A stretch of 64,000 nucleotides of DNA from contig JAGIQG010000008.1 of NCBI GenBank assembly GCA_024679065.1, positions 65,162,001 through 65,226,000 on the forward strand. Reading direction: 5' to 3'. This DNA is from Sphyrna mokarran. Lineage: Eukaryota. Shown here piece by piece: positions 28,001 to 43,000 of the stretch. Positions within the stretch are counted from its first letter, which is position 1; each line of letters begins with the position of its first letter. The notes beneath the pieces were generated by a model. It was not told the DNA's origin. It ran no database searches and was given only the letters and a program-made list of their open reading frames with translations. A program made the translations under genes and the position numbers.

Positions 28001-31000
28001 ATGCGATACTATCATTTTTGTGGTGAGCTGTGGATAAATATTTCAACTTCGTAAAGTTTTCCAGAGTGAGAACTACATTGTTCAAATGCATTTTGTCTTA
28101 CAGGGCAGGCTGTAGTCACATCAAGTAGATCAGGCCTCTGTAACTTCACTCTATGTACTAAGAGTTGTGACGTTTTGAAGTACACGGGAAAATGTCAAAC
28201 CACTACCGCTCCCACCACTCCACTCGAAACGACAACAACAGTAACAGTAACTCCCAGCACTCCAGTATCAACAAGTTGCACCTGCACAGCCAATGGAGAA
28301 ATATTATCACCAGGTAAGTGCATTAGATTCTGACAATCTGCTACAATCATTCGTCATGCTGTTAAACTGATCACAACTGGCTGCAATGATCCAAATCAAA
28401 TATGTATGCAAATCACCTCTTCTCTCCATTAGATTGTCCTACGCAATCTGGATGCTTGTCTTAAGCATTCTGTAGATGTTTGGAGAATTAGTACTAATAA
28501 AATCTCTCATCCCGGCATTTGCAAAATTGATCTCTCTGCTCTCTGAGCTTAAAAATGACGCCTTAAGAGCTTTAGGAAGTTGACATCTTCCTGCTCTGCG
28601 TGTCTGGACTCATAATCCAGATTTTGCAATCACATGCCAAAAGTAGATAATGCCAAGTCTTCAAACACAATGTTCTTACATGGTTTTTGACTCCTGTGCC
28701 CATGGATGTTAAGCAAAGCGTCTGTGACTGACGCGAAGTAAGGTCAAAGTTATTGTGGTCAAACTCAGGTTTGTAATTGTTTCATGGTCAATTTCCTGGT
28801 CACAATTCATGACACAAATACAAATAAGACAAACGGATCTCCTGAAATGTATTTTTATACCGTCTCTTTTGATAGATTCATTTGAGTAAATATTGGTTCT
28901 TTGTATCTGCATCCAACATTTCCATGTGTTTTTTTCAGAGAAGTCGTGTTATTCGTAAAATTGGTAGAATGTTTCCTCTGTCTGGAGCTTCTTCTGTTTT
29001 GCTCACTTTAGTGTTCTGCAAGAATGGGTCAACACTGCTGCATCCATTTCGCTCTTCAGCTCTTCCCTTAAACCTGATTGCAATGTTCCATCTCCATTTA
29101 ATCATCAAACACAAACACCAGCATGAAGAGTTCACAACATAACTCAAATACTAGAATCATGAATGCGATAAGAACAAATGAAATACTGAAATTCTCATAT
29201 TGACAAATATATTTCACAGAACCATGAACATGAATTTGAATTGAAGTCTTTCTGCATTGTTCACATTCAGCACTGTGCACTGCACCTTTCTCTCAAAATA
29301 TGCGATTCTGTCATTTATGTGGTGAATTGTGGATAAATATTTCATCTTCGTGAAGTTTTCCAGAGTGAGAACTACATTGTTCAAATGCATTTTGTCTTAC
29401 AGGGCAGGCTATACTCACATCACGTAGATCAGGCCTTTGCAACTTCACTCTATGTACTAAGAGTTGTGACGTTTTGAAGTACACGGGAAAATGTCAAACC
29501 ACTACAGCTCCCACCACTCCACTCGAAACGACAACAACAGTAACAGTAACTCCCAGCACTCCAGTATCAACAAGTTGCACCTGCACAGCCAATGGAGAAA
29601 TATTATCACCAGGTAAGTGCATTACATTCTGACAATCTGCTACAATCATTCGTCATGCTATTGAACTGATCACAACTGGCTGCAATGATCCAGATCAATT
29701 ATGCAGGCAAATCACCTCGCCTCTCCATTAGATTGCCCTACGCAATCTGCATGCTTGTCTTAAGCATTCTGTAGATGTTTGCAGAAATAGTAGTAATAAA
29801 ATCTCTCATCCCTGCATTTCCAAAATTGATCTCTCTGCTCTCTGAGCTTAAAAATGACGCCTTAAGAGCTTTAGGAAGTTGACATCTTCCTGCTCTGCGT
29901 GTCTGGACTCATAATCCAGATTTTGCAATCACATGCCAAAAGTAGATAATGCCAAGTCTTCAAACACAATGTTCTTACATGGTTTTTGACTCCTGTGCCC
30001 AAGGATGTTAAGCAAAGCGTCTGTGACTGACGCGAAGTAAGGTCAAAGTTATTGTGGTCAAACTCAGGTTTGTAATTGTTTCATGGTCAATTTCCTCGTC
30101 ACAATTCATGACGCAAATATAAATAAGACAAAAGGATCTCCTGAAATGTACTTTTATACCCTCTATTTTGCTACATTTATTTGAGTAAATACTGGTCCGT
30201 TGTGGCTGCATCCAACATTTCCATGTGTTTTTTTCAGAGAAGTCGTATTAGACGCAATATTGCTACAATGTTTCCTCTGCCTGGAGCTTCTTCTGTGTTG
30301 CTCACTTTGGTGTTCTGCAAGAATGGGTCAACACTGCAGCATCCATTTCGCTCTTCACCTCTTCCCTTAAACCTGGTTGCAATGTTCCATTTCCATTTAC
30401 ACATCAAACACAAACACCAGCATGAAGAGTTCACAACATAACTCAAATTCTAGAATCATGAATGCGATAAGAACAAATGAAATACTCAGATTCTCATATT
30501 GCCAGTTATATTTCACATAACCATGACCATGAATTTGAATAGAAGTCTTTCTTCATTGTTCACATACAGCACTTCTCACTGCACCTTTCTCTCAAAATAT
30601 GCCATGCTGTCATTTTTGTGGTGAACTGTGGATAAATATAACATCTTCATCAAGTTTTCCAGAATGACAACTAAATTGTTCAAATGCATTTTGTCTTACA
30701 GGGCAGGCTATAGTCACGTCAAGAAGATCAGGCCTCTGTAACTTCACTCTATGTACTAAGAGTTGTGACGTTTTGAAGTACACGGGAAAATGTCAAACCA
30801 CTACAGCTCCCACCACTCCACTCGAAACGACAACAACAGTAACAGTAACTCCCAGCACTCCAGTATCAACAAGTTGCACCTGCACAGCCAATGGAGAAAT
30901 ATTATCACCAGGTAAGTGTATTAGATTCTGACAATCTGCTGCAATTATTCGTCATGCTGTTAAACTGATCACAACTGGCTGCAATGATCCAGATCAATTA

Positions 31001-34000
31001 TGAAGGCAAATCACCTCTCCTCTCCATTAGATTGTCCTACGCAATCTGGATGCTTGACTTAAGCTTTCAGTAGATGGTTGGAGAAATAGTAGTAATAACA
31101 TCTCTCATCTCTGCATTTCCAAAATTGATCTGTCTGCTCTCTAAGCCTAAAAATGACGCCATAAGAGCCTTCGGAAGTTGACATCTTCCTGTTCTGCCTG
31201 TCTGAACTCATAATCCGGATTTTGCATTCACATGCCAAAATTAGACAATGCCAAGTCTTCACTCACAAGGTTCTTACATGGTTTTTGTCTCCTGTGCCCA
31301 TTGATGTTAAGCAAAGCGTCTGTGACTGACGCGAAGTAAGGTCAAAGTTATTGTGGTCGAACTCAGATTTGTAATTGTTTCACGGTCAATTTCCTGGTCA
31401 CAATTCATGACACAAATATAAATAAGACAAAAGGATCTCCTGAAATGTATTTTTATACCCTCTCTTTTGCTACATTTATTTGAGTAAATATTGGTCATTT
31501 GTGGCTGCATCCAACATTTCCATGTGTTTTTTTCAGAGAAGTCGTATTAGACGTAATATTGGTAGAATGTTTCCTCTGTCTGGAGCTTCTTCTGTTTTGC
31601 TCACTTTGGTGTTCTGCAAGAATGGGTCAACACTGCAGCATCCATTTCGCTCTTCACCTCTTCCCTTAACCTGTTTGCATTTGTAAATCAAACACAAACA
31701 CCAGCATGAAGAGTTCAAAACATAACTCAAATTGAAGAATCACGAATGCGATAACAACAAATGAAGTACTGAGATTCTCATATTGCCAGTTATATTTCAC
31801 ATAACCATGACCATGAATTTGAATTGTAATCTTTCTTCATTGTTCACATCCAGCACTTCTCACAGCACCTTTCTCTCAAAATATGCGATGCTGTCATTTT
31901 TGAGGAGAACTGTGGATAAATATAACATCTTCCTGAAGTTTTCCAGAGTGACAACTAAATTGTTCAAATGCATTTTGTCTTACAGGGCAGGCTATAGTCA
32001 CGTCAAGTAGATCAGGCCTCTGTAACTTCACTCTATGTACTAAGAGTTGTGACGTTTTGAAGTACACGGGAAAATGTCAAACCACTACCGCTCCCACCAC
32101 TCCACTCGAAACGACAACAACAGTAACAGTAACTCCCAGCACTCCCGTATCAACAAGTTGCACCTGCACAGCCAATGGAGAAATATTATCACCAGGTAAG
32201 TGCATTAGATTCTGACAATCTGCTACAATCATTCGTCATGCTGTTAAACTGATCACAACGGGCTGCAATGATCCCGATCAATTATGAAGGCAAATCACCT
32301 CTCCTCTCCATTAGATTGTCATACGCAATCTGGAAGCTTGTCTTAAGCATTCTGTAGATGTTTGGAGAAATAGTAGTCATAACATCTCTCATCCCTGCAT
32401 TTCCAAAATTGATCTGTCTGCTTTCTAAGCATAAAAATGACGCCGTCAGAACTTTAGGAAGTTGACATCTTCCTGCTCTGCCTGTCTGGACTCATAATCC
32501 AGATTTTGCATTCACATGCCAAAATTAGACAATGCCAAGTCTTCACACACAACGTCCTTACATCGTTTTTGTCTCCTGTGATGTTAAGCAAAGCAACACA
32601 CTATCAGTGACTGACGCTAAGCAAGATCAAAGTTATTGTGGTCGAACTCAGATTTGTAATTGTTTCATGGTCTACTTCCTGGTCACAATTCATGACACAA
32701 ATATAAATAAGACAACAGGATCTGCTGAAATGTATTTTTATACCCTCTCTTTTGCTTCCTTTATTTGAATAAGTATGGTCCTTTGGGGCTGCATCCAACA
32801 TTTCCATGTGTTTTTTTCAGAGAAGTCGTATTAGACGTAATATTGGTAGAATGTTTCCTCTGTCTGGAGCTTCTTCTGTTTTGCTCACTTTGGTGTTCTG
32901 CAAGAATGGGTCAACACTGCAGCATCCATTTCGCTCTTCACCTCTTCCCTTCACCTGTTTCCATTTGTAAATCAAACACAAACACCAGCATGAAGAGTTC
33001 AAAACATAACTCAAATTGAAGAATCACGAATGCGATAACAACAAATGAAGTACTGAGATTCTCATATTGCCAGTTATATTTCACATAACCATGACCATGA
33101 ATTTGAGTTGTAATCTTTCTTCATTGTTCACACCCAGCACTTCTGACAGCACCTTTCTCTCAAAATATGAGATGCTGTCATTGTTGCACTTAACTGTGGA
33201 TATATATAACATCTTCACGAAGTTTTTCAGACTGACAACTAACCTGTTCAAATGCATTTTGTCTTACAGGGCAGGCTATAGTCACTTCAAGTAGATCAGG
33301 CCTCTGTAACTTCACTCTGTGTACTAAGAGTTGTGACGTTTTGAAGTACACGGGAAAATGTCAAACCACTACAGCTCCCACCACTCCACTCGAAACGACA
33401 ACAACAGTAACAGTAACTCCCAGCACTCCACTTCCAACAAGTTGCACCTGCACAGCCAATGGAGAAATATTATCACCAGGTAAGTGCATTAGATTCTGAC
33501 AATCTGCTACAATCATTCGTCATGCTGTTAAACTGATCACAACTGGCTGCAATGATCCAGATCAATTACGAAGGCAAATCACCTCTCCTCTCCATTAGAT
33601 TGTCCGACGCAATCTGGATGCTTGTCTAAAGCATTCTGTAGACGTTTGGAGAAATAGTAGTAATAACATCTCTCATCCCTGCATTTCCAAAATTGATCTG
33701 TCTGCTTTCTAAGCTTAAAAATGACGCCTTCAGAGCTTTAGGAAGTTGACATCTTCCTGCCCTGCCTGTCTGGACTCATAATCCAGATTTTGCATTCACA
33801 TGCCAAAATTAGACAATGCCAAGTCTTCACACACAAGGTTCTTAGATGGTTTTTGTCGCCTGTGCCCATTGATGTTAAGCAAAGCGTCTGTCACTGACGC
33901 AAAGTAAGGTCAAAGTTATTGCGGTCGAACTCAGAATTGAAATTGTTTCAAGGTCAATTTCCTGATCACAATTCATGACACAAATATAAATAAGACAAAA

Positions 34001-37000
34001 GGATCTCCTGAAATGTATTTTTATACCCTCTCTTTTGCTACATTTATTTGAGTAAATGTTGGCCCTTTGTGGCTGCATCCAACATTTCCATGTGTTCTTT
34101 TCAGAGAAGTCGTATTAGACGTAATATTGGTAGAATGTTTCCTCTGTCTGGAGCTTCTTCTGTTTTGCTCACTTTGGTGTTCTGCAAGAATGGGTCAACA
34201 CTGCAGCATCCATTTCGCTCTTCACCTCTTCCCTTCACCTGTTTCCATTTGTAAATCAAACACAAACACCAGCATGAAGAGTTCAAAACATAACTCAAAT
34301 TGAAGAATCACGAATGCGATAACAACAAATGAAGTACTGAGATTCTCATATTGCCAGTTATATTTCACATAACCATGACCATGAATTTGAATTGTAATCT
34401 TTCTTCATTGTTCACATCCAGCACTTCTCACAGCACCTTTCTCTCAAAATATGCGATGCTGTCATTTTTGAGGAGAACTGTGGATAAATATAACATCTTC
34501 CTGAAGTTTTCCAGAGTGACAACTAAATAGTTCAAATGCATTTTGTCTTACAGGGCAGGCTATAGTCACGTCAAGTAGATCAGGCCTCTGTAACTTCACT
34601 CTATGTACTAAGAGTTGTGACGTTTTGAAGTACACGGGAAAATGTCAAACCACTACCGCTCCCACCACTCCACTCGAAACGACAACAACAGTAACAGTAA
34701 CTCCCAGCACTCCGGTATCAACAAGTTGCACCTGCACAGCCAATGGAGAAATATTATCACCAGGTAAGTGCATTAGATTCTGACAATCTGCTACAATCAT
34801 TCGTCATGCTGTTAAACTGATCACAACTGGCTGCAATGATCCCGATCAATTATGAAGGCAAATCACCTCTCCTCTCCATTAGATTGTCCTACGCAATCTG
34901 GATGCTTGTCTTAAGCATTCTGTGGATGTTTGGAGAAATAGTGGTAATAACATCTCTCATCCCTGCATTTCCAAAATTTATCTGTCTGCTTTCTAAGCAT
35001 AAAAATGACGCCGTCAGAACTTTAGGAAGTTGACATCTTCCTGCTCTGCCTGTCTGGACTCATAATCCAGATTTTGCATTCACATGCCAAAATTAGACAA
35101 CGCCAAGTCTTCACACACAACGTCCTTACATCGTTTTTGTCTCCTGTGATGTTAAGCAAAGCAACACACTATCAGTGACTGACGCTAAGCAAGATCAAAG
35201 TTATTATGGTCGAACTCAGATTTGTAATTGTTTCATGGTCTACTTCCTGGTCACAATTCATGACACAAATATAAATAAGAAAACAGGATCTGCTGAAATG
35301 TATTTTTATACACTCTCTTTTGCGACATTTATTTGAGTAAATATTGGTCCTTTCTGGCTGCATCCAACATTTCCATGTGTTCTTTTCAGAGAAGTCGTAT
35401 TAGACGTAATATTGGTAGAATGTTTCATCTGTCTGAAGCTTCTTCCATTTTGCTCACTTTGGTGTTCTGCAAGAATGGGTCAACACTGCAGCATCCATTT
35501 CGCTCTTCAGCTCTTCCCTTAAACCTGATTGCAATGTTCCATCTCCATTTAATCATCAAACACAAACACCAGCATGAAGAGTTCACAACATGACTCAAAT
35601 ACTACAATCATGAATGCGATAAGAACAAATGAAATACTGAGATTCTCATTTTGCCAGTTATATTTCACATAACTATGACCATGAATTTGAATTGAAGTCT
35701 TTCTTCATTGTTCACACCCAGCACTGCTCACAGCACCTTTCTCTCAAAATATGAGATGCTGTCATTTTTGTACTTAACTGTGGATAAATATAACATCTTC
35801 ATCAAGTTTTTCAGACTGACAACTAACCAGTTCAAATGCATTTTGTCTTACAGGGCAGGCTATAGTCACTTCAAGTAGATCAGGCCTCTGTAACTTCACT
35901 CTGTGTACTAAGAGTTGTGACGTTTTGAAGTACACGGGAAAATGTCAAACCACCACCGCTCCCACCACTCCACTCGAAACGACAACAACAGTAACAGTAA
36001 CTCCCAGCACTCCACTTCCAACAAGTTGCATATGCACAGCCAATGGAGAAATATTATCACCAGGTAAGTGCATTAGATTCTGACAATCTGCTACAATCAT
36101 TCGTCATGCTGTTAAACTGATCACAACTGGCTGCAATGATCCAAGTCAATTACGAAGGCAAATCACCTCTCCTCTCCATTAGATTGTCCGACACAATCTG
36201 GATGCTTGTCTAAAGCATTCTGTAGACGTTTGGAGAAATAGTAGTAATAACATCTCTCATCCCTGCATTTCCAAAATTGATCTGTCTGCTTTCTAAGCTT
36301 AAAAATGACGCCTTCAGAGCTTCAGGAAGTTGACATCTTCCTGCTCTGCCTGTCTGGACTCATAATAAAGATTTTGCATTCACATGCCAAAATTAGACAA
36401 TGCCAAGTCTTCACACACAAGGTTCTTAGATGGTTTTTGTCTCCTGTGCCCATTGATGTTAAGCAAAGCGTCTGTCACTGACGCAAAGTAAGGTCAAAGT
36501 TATTGCGGTCAAACTCAGAATTGAAATTGTTTCAAGGTCAATTTCCTGATCACAATTCATGACACAAATATAAATAAGACAAAAGGATCTCCTGAAATGT
36601 ATTTTTATACCCTATCTTTTGCTACATTTATTTGATTAAATGTTGGCCCTTTGTGGCTGCATCCAACATTTCCATGTGTTCTTTTCAGAGAAGTCGTATT
36701 AGACGTAATATTGGTAGAATGTTTCCTCTGTCTGGAGCTTCTTCTGTTTTGCTCACTTTGGTGTTCTGCAAGAATGGGTCAACACTGTAGCATCCATTTC
36801 GCTCTTCACCTCTTCCCTTAACCTGTTTGCATTTGTAAATCAAACACAAACATCAGCATGAAGAGTTCAAAACATAACTCAAATTGAAGAATCACGAATG
36901 CGATAACAACAAATGAAGTACTGAGATTCTCATATTGCCAGTTATATTTCACATAACCATGACCATGAATTTGAATTGTAATCTTTCTTCATTGTTCACA

Positions 37001-40000
37001 CCCAGCACTTCTCACAGCACCTTTCTCTCAAAATATGCGATGCTGTCATTTTTGAGGAGAACTGTGGATAAATATAACATCTTCCTGAAGTTTTCCAGTG
37101 ACAACTAAATTGTTCAAATGCATTTTGTCTTACAGGGCAGGCTATAGTCACGTCAAGTAGATCAGGCCTCTGTAACTTCACTCTATGTACTAAGAGTTGT
37201 GACGTTTTGAAGTACACGGGAAAATGTCAAACCACTACCGCTCCCACCACTCCACTCGAAACGACAACAACAGTAACAGTAACTCCCAGCACTCCGGTAT
37301 CAACAAGTTGCACCTGCACAGCCAATGGAGAAATATTATCACCAGGTAAGTGCATTAGATTCTGACAATCTGCTACAATCATTCGTCATGCTGTTAAACT
37401 GATCACAACTGGCTGCAATGATCCCGATCAATTATGAAGGCAAATCACCTCTCCTCTCCATTAGATTGTCCTACGCAATCTGGAAGCTTGTCTTAAGCAT
37501 TCTGTAGATGTTTGGAGAAACAGTAGTAATAACATCTCTCATCCCTGCATTTCCAAGATTGATCTGTCTGCTTTCTAAGCATAAAAATGACGCCGTCAGA
37601 ACTTTAGGAAGTTGACATCTTCCTGCTCTGCCTGTCTGGACTCATAATCCAGATTTTGCATTCACATGCCAAAATTAGACAATGCCAAGTCTTCACACAC
37701 AACGTCCTTACATCGTTTTTGTCTCCTGTGATGTTAAGCAAAGCAACACACTATCAGTCACTGACGCTAAGCAAGATCAAAGTTATTGTGGTCGAACTCA
37801 GATTTGTAATTGTTTCATGGTCTACTTCCTGGTCACAATTCATGACACAAATATAAATAAGACAACAGGATCTGCTGAAATGTATTTTTATACCCTCTCT
37901 TTTGCGACATTTATTTGAGTAAATATTGGTCCTTTCTGGCTGCATCCAACATTTCCATGTGTTCTTTTCAGAGAAGTCGTATTAGACGTAATATTGGTAG
38001 AATGTTTCATCTGACTGGAGCTTCTTCCATTTTGCTCACTTTGGTGTTCTGCAAGAATCGGTCAACACTGCAGCATCCATTTCGCTCTTCAGCTCTTCCC
38101 TTAAACCTGATTGCAATGTTCCAGCTCCATTTAATCATCAAACACAAACACCAGCATGAAGAGTTCACAACATGACTCAAATACTACAATCATGAATGCG
38201 ATAAGAACAAATGAAATACTGAGATTCTCATTTTGCCAGTTATATTTCACATAACTATGACCATGAATTTGAATTGAAGTCTTTCTTCATTGTTCACACC
38301 CAGCACTGCTCACAGCACCTTTCTCTCAAAATATGAGATGCTGTCATTTTTGTACTTAACTGTGGATAAATATAACATCTTCATCAAGTTTTTCAGACTG
38401 ACAACTAACCAGTTCAAATGCATTTTGTCTTACAGGGCAGGCTATAGTCACTTCAAGTAGATCAGGCCTCTGTAACTTCACTCTGTGTACTAAGAGTTGT
38501 GACGTTTTGAAGTACACGGGAAAATGTCAAACCACTACAGCTCCCACCACTCCACTCGAAACGACAACAACAGTAACAGTAACTCCCAGCACTCCAGTAC
38601 CAACAAGTTGCACCTGCACAGCCAATGGAGAAATATTTTCACCAGGTAAGTGCATTAGATTCTGACAATCTGCTACAATCATTCGTCATGCTGTTAAACT
38701 GATCACAACTGGCTGCAATGATCCCGATCAATTACGAAGGCAAATCACCTCTCCTCTCCATTAGATTGTCCGACGCAATCTGGATGCTTGTCTAAAGCAT
38801 TCTGTAGACGTTTGGAGAAATAGTAGTAATAACATCTCTCATCCCTGCATTTCCAAAATTGATCTGTCTGCTTTCTCAGCTTAAAAATGACGCCTTCAGA
38901 GCTTTAGGAAGTTGACATCTTCCTGCTCTGCCTGTCTGGACTCATAATCCAGATTTTGCATTCACATGCCAAAATTAGACAATGCCAAGTCTTCACACAC
39001 AACGTCTTTACATCGTTTTTGTCTCCTGTGATGTTAAGCAAAGCAACACACTATCAGTGACTGACGCTAAGCAAGATCAAAGTTATTGTGGTCGAACTCA
39101 GTTTTGTAATTCATTCATTGTCTACTTCCTGGTCACAGTTCATGACACAAATATAAATATGACAATAGGATCTCCTCAAATGTATTTTTATACCCTCTCT
39201 TTTGCTTCATTTATTTGAATAAGTATGGTCCTTTGGGGCTGCATCCAACATTTCCATGTGTTTTTTTCAGAGAAGTCGTATTAGACGTAATATTGGTAGA
39301 AGGTTTCCTCTGTCTGGAGTTTCTTCTGTTTTGCTCACTTTGGTGTTCTGCAAGAATGGGTCAACACTGCAGCATCCATTTCGCTCTTCACCTCTTCCCT
39401 TAACCTGTTTCCATTTGTAAATCAAACACAAACACCAGCATGAAGAGTTCAAAACATAACTCAAATTGAAGAATCACGAATGCGATAACAACAAATGAAG
39501 TACTGAGATTCTCATATTGTCAGTTATATTTCACATAACCATGACCATGAATTTGAGTTGTAATCTTTCTTCATTGTTCACACCCAGCACTTCTCACAGC
39601 ACCTTTCTCTCAAAATATGAGATGCTGTCATTGTTGCACTTAACTGTGGATATATATAACATCTTCACGAAGTTTTTCAGACTGACAACTAACCTGCTCA
39701 AATGCATTTTGTCTTACAGGGCAGGCTATAGTCACTTCAAGTAGATCAGGCCTCTGTAACTTCACTCTGTGTACTAAGAGTTGTGACGTTTTGAAGTACA
39801 CGGGAAAATGTCAAACCACTACAGCTCCCACCACTCCACTCGAAACGACAACAACAGTAACAGTAACTCCCAGCACTCCACTTCCAACAAGTTGCACCTG
39901 CACAGCCAATGGAGAAATATTACCACCAGGTAAGTGCATTAGATTCTGACAATCTGCTACAATCATTCGTCATGCTGTTAAACTGATCACAACTGGCTGC

Positions 40001-43000
40001 AATGATCCAGATCAATTACGAAGGCAAATCACCTCTCCTCTCCATTAGATTGTCCGACACAATCTGGATGCTTGTCTAAAGCATTCTGTAGACGTTTGGA
40101 GAAATAGTAGTAATAACATCTCTCATCCCTGCATTTCCAAAATTGATCTGTCTGCTTTCTAAGCTTAAAAATGACGCCTTCAGAGCTTTAGGAAGTTGAC
40201 ATCTTCCTGCTCTGCCTGTCTGGACTCATAATCCAGATTTTGCATTCACATGCCAAAATTAGACAATGCCAAGTCTTCACACACAAGGTTCTTAGATGGT
40301 TTTTGTCTCCTGTGCCCATTGATGTTAAGCAAAGCGTCTGTCACTGACGCAAAGTAAGGTCAAAGTTATTGCGGTCAAACTCAGAATTGAAATTGTTTCA
40401 AGGTCAATTTCCTGATCACAATTCATGACACAAATATAAATAAGACAAAAGGATCTCCTGAAATGTATTTTTATACCCTCTCTTTTGCTACATTTATTTG
40501 AGTAAATGTTGGCCCTTTGTGGCTGCATCCAACATTTCCATGTGTTCTTTTCAGAGAAGTCGTATTAGACGTAATATTGGTAGAATGTTTCCTCTGTCTG
40601 GAGCTTCTTCTGTTTTGCTCACTTTGGTGTTCTGCAAGAATGGGTCAACACTGCAGCATCCATTTCGCTCTTCACCTCTTCCCTTCACCTGTTTGCATTT
40701 GTAAATCAAACACAAACACCAGCATGAAGAGTTCAAAACATAACTCAAATTGAAGAATCACGAATGCGATAACAACAAATGAAGTACTGAGATTCTCATA
40801 TTGCCAGTTATATTTCACATAACCATGACCATGAATTTGAATTGTAATCTTTCTTCATTGTTCACATCCAGCACTTCTCACAGCACCTTTCTCTCAAAAT
40901 ATGCGATGCTGTCATTTTTGAGGAGAACTGTGGATAAATATAACATCTTCCTGAAGTTTTCCAGAGTGACAACTAAATTGTTCAAATGCATTTTGTCTTA
41001 CAGGGCAGGCTATAGTCACGTCAAGTAGATCAGGCCTCTGTAACTTCACTCTATGTACTAAGAGTTGTGACGTTTTGAAGTACACGGGAAAATGTCAAAC
41101 CACTACCGCTCCCACCACTCCACTCGAAACGACAACAACAGTAACAGTAACTCCCAGCACTCCGGTATCAACAAGTTGCACCTGCACAGCCAATGGAGAA
41201 ATATTATCACCAGGTAAGTGCATTAGATTCTGACAATCTGCTACAATCATTCGTCATGCTGTTAAACTGATCACAACTGGCTGCAATGATCCCGATCAAT
41301 TATGAAGGCAAATCACCTCTCCTCTCCATTAGATTGTCCTACGCAATCTGGATGCTTGTCTTAAGCATTCTGTGGATGTTTGGAGAAATAGTAGTAATAA
41401 CATCTCTCATCCCTGCATTTCCAAAATTGATCTGTCTGCTTTCTAAGCATAAAAATGACGCCGTCAGAACTTTAGGAAGTTGACATCTTCCTGCTCTGCC
41501 TGTCTGGACTCATAATCCAGATTTTGCATTCACATGCCAAAATTAGACAATGCCAAGTCTTCACACACAACGTCCTTACATCGTTTTTGTCTCCTGTGAT
41601 GTTAAGCAAAGCAACACACTATCAGTGACTGACGCTAAGCAAGATCAAAGTTATTGTGGTCGAACTCAGATTTGTAATTGTTTCATGGTCTACTTCCTGG
41701 TCACAATTCATGACACAAATATAAATAAGACAACAGGATCTGCTGAAATGTATTTTTATACCCTCTCTTTTGCGACATTTATTTGAGTAAATATTGGTCC
41801 TTTCTGGCTGCATCCAACATTTCCATGTGTTCTTTTCAGAGAAGTCGTATTAGACGTAATATTGGTAGAATGTTTCATCTGTCTGGAGCTTCTTCCATTT
41901 TGCTCACTTTGGTGTTCTGCAAGAATGGGTCAACACTGCAGCATCCATTTCGCTCTTCAGCTCTTCCCTTAAACCTGATTGCAATGTTCCAGCTCCATTT
42001 AATCATCAAACACAAACACCAGCATGAAGAGTTCACAACATGACTCAAATACTACAATCATGAATGCGATAAGAACAAATGAAATACTGAGATTCTCATT
42101 TTGCCAGTTATATTTCACATAACTATGACCATGAATTTGAATTGAAGTCTTTCTTCATTGTTCACACCCAGCACTGCTCACAGCACCTTTCTCTCAAAAT
42201 ATGAGATGCTGTCATTTTTGTACTTAACTGTGGATAAATATAACATCTTCATCAAGTTTTTCAGACTGACAACTAACCAGTTCAAATGCATTTTGTCTTA
42301 CAGGGCAGGCTATAGTCACTTCAAGTAGATCAGGCCTCTGTAACTTCACTCTGTGTACTAAGAGTTGTGACGTTTTGAAGTACACGGGAAAATGTCAAAC
42401 CACTACAGCTCCCACCACTCCACTCGAAACGACAACAACAGTAACAGTAACTCCCAGCACTCCAGTACCAACAAGTTGCACCTGCACAGCCAATGGAGAA
42501 ATATTATCACCAGGTAAGTGCATTAGATTCTGACAATCTGCTACAATCATTCGTCATGCTGTTAAACTGATCACAACTGGCTGCAATGATCCAGATCAAT
42601 TACGAAGGCAAATCACCTCTCCTCTCCATTAGATTGTCCGACGCAATCTGGATGCTTGTCTAAAGCATTCTGTAGACGTTTGGAGAAATAGTAGTAATAA
42701 CATCTCTCATCCCTGCATTTCCAAAATTGATCTGTCTGCTTTCTCAGCTTAAAAATGACGCCTTCAGAGCTTTAGGAAGTTGACATCTTCCTGCTCTGCC
42801 TGTCTGGACTCATAATCCAGATTTTGCATTCACATGCCAAAATTAGACAATGCCAAGTCTTCACACACAACGTCTTTACATCGTTTTTGTCTCCTGTGAT
42901 GTTAAGCAAAGCAACACACTATCAGTGACTGACGCTAAGCAAGATCAAAGTTATTGTGGTCGAACTCAGATTTGTAATTGTTTCATGGTCTACTTCCTGG

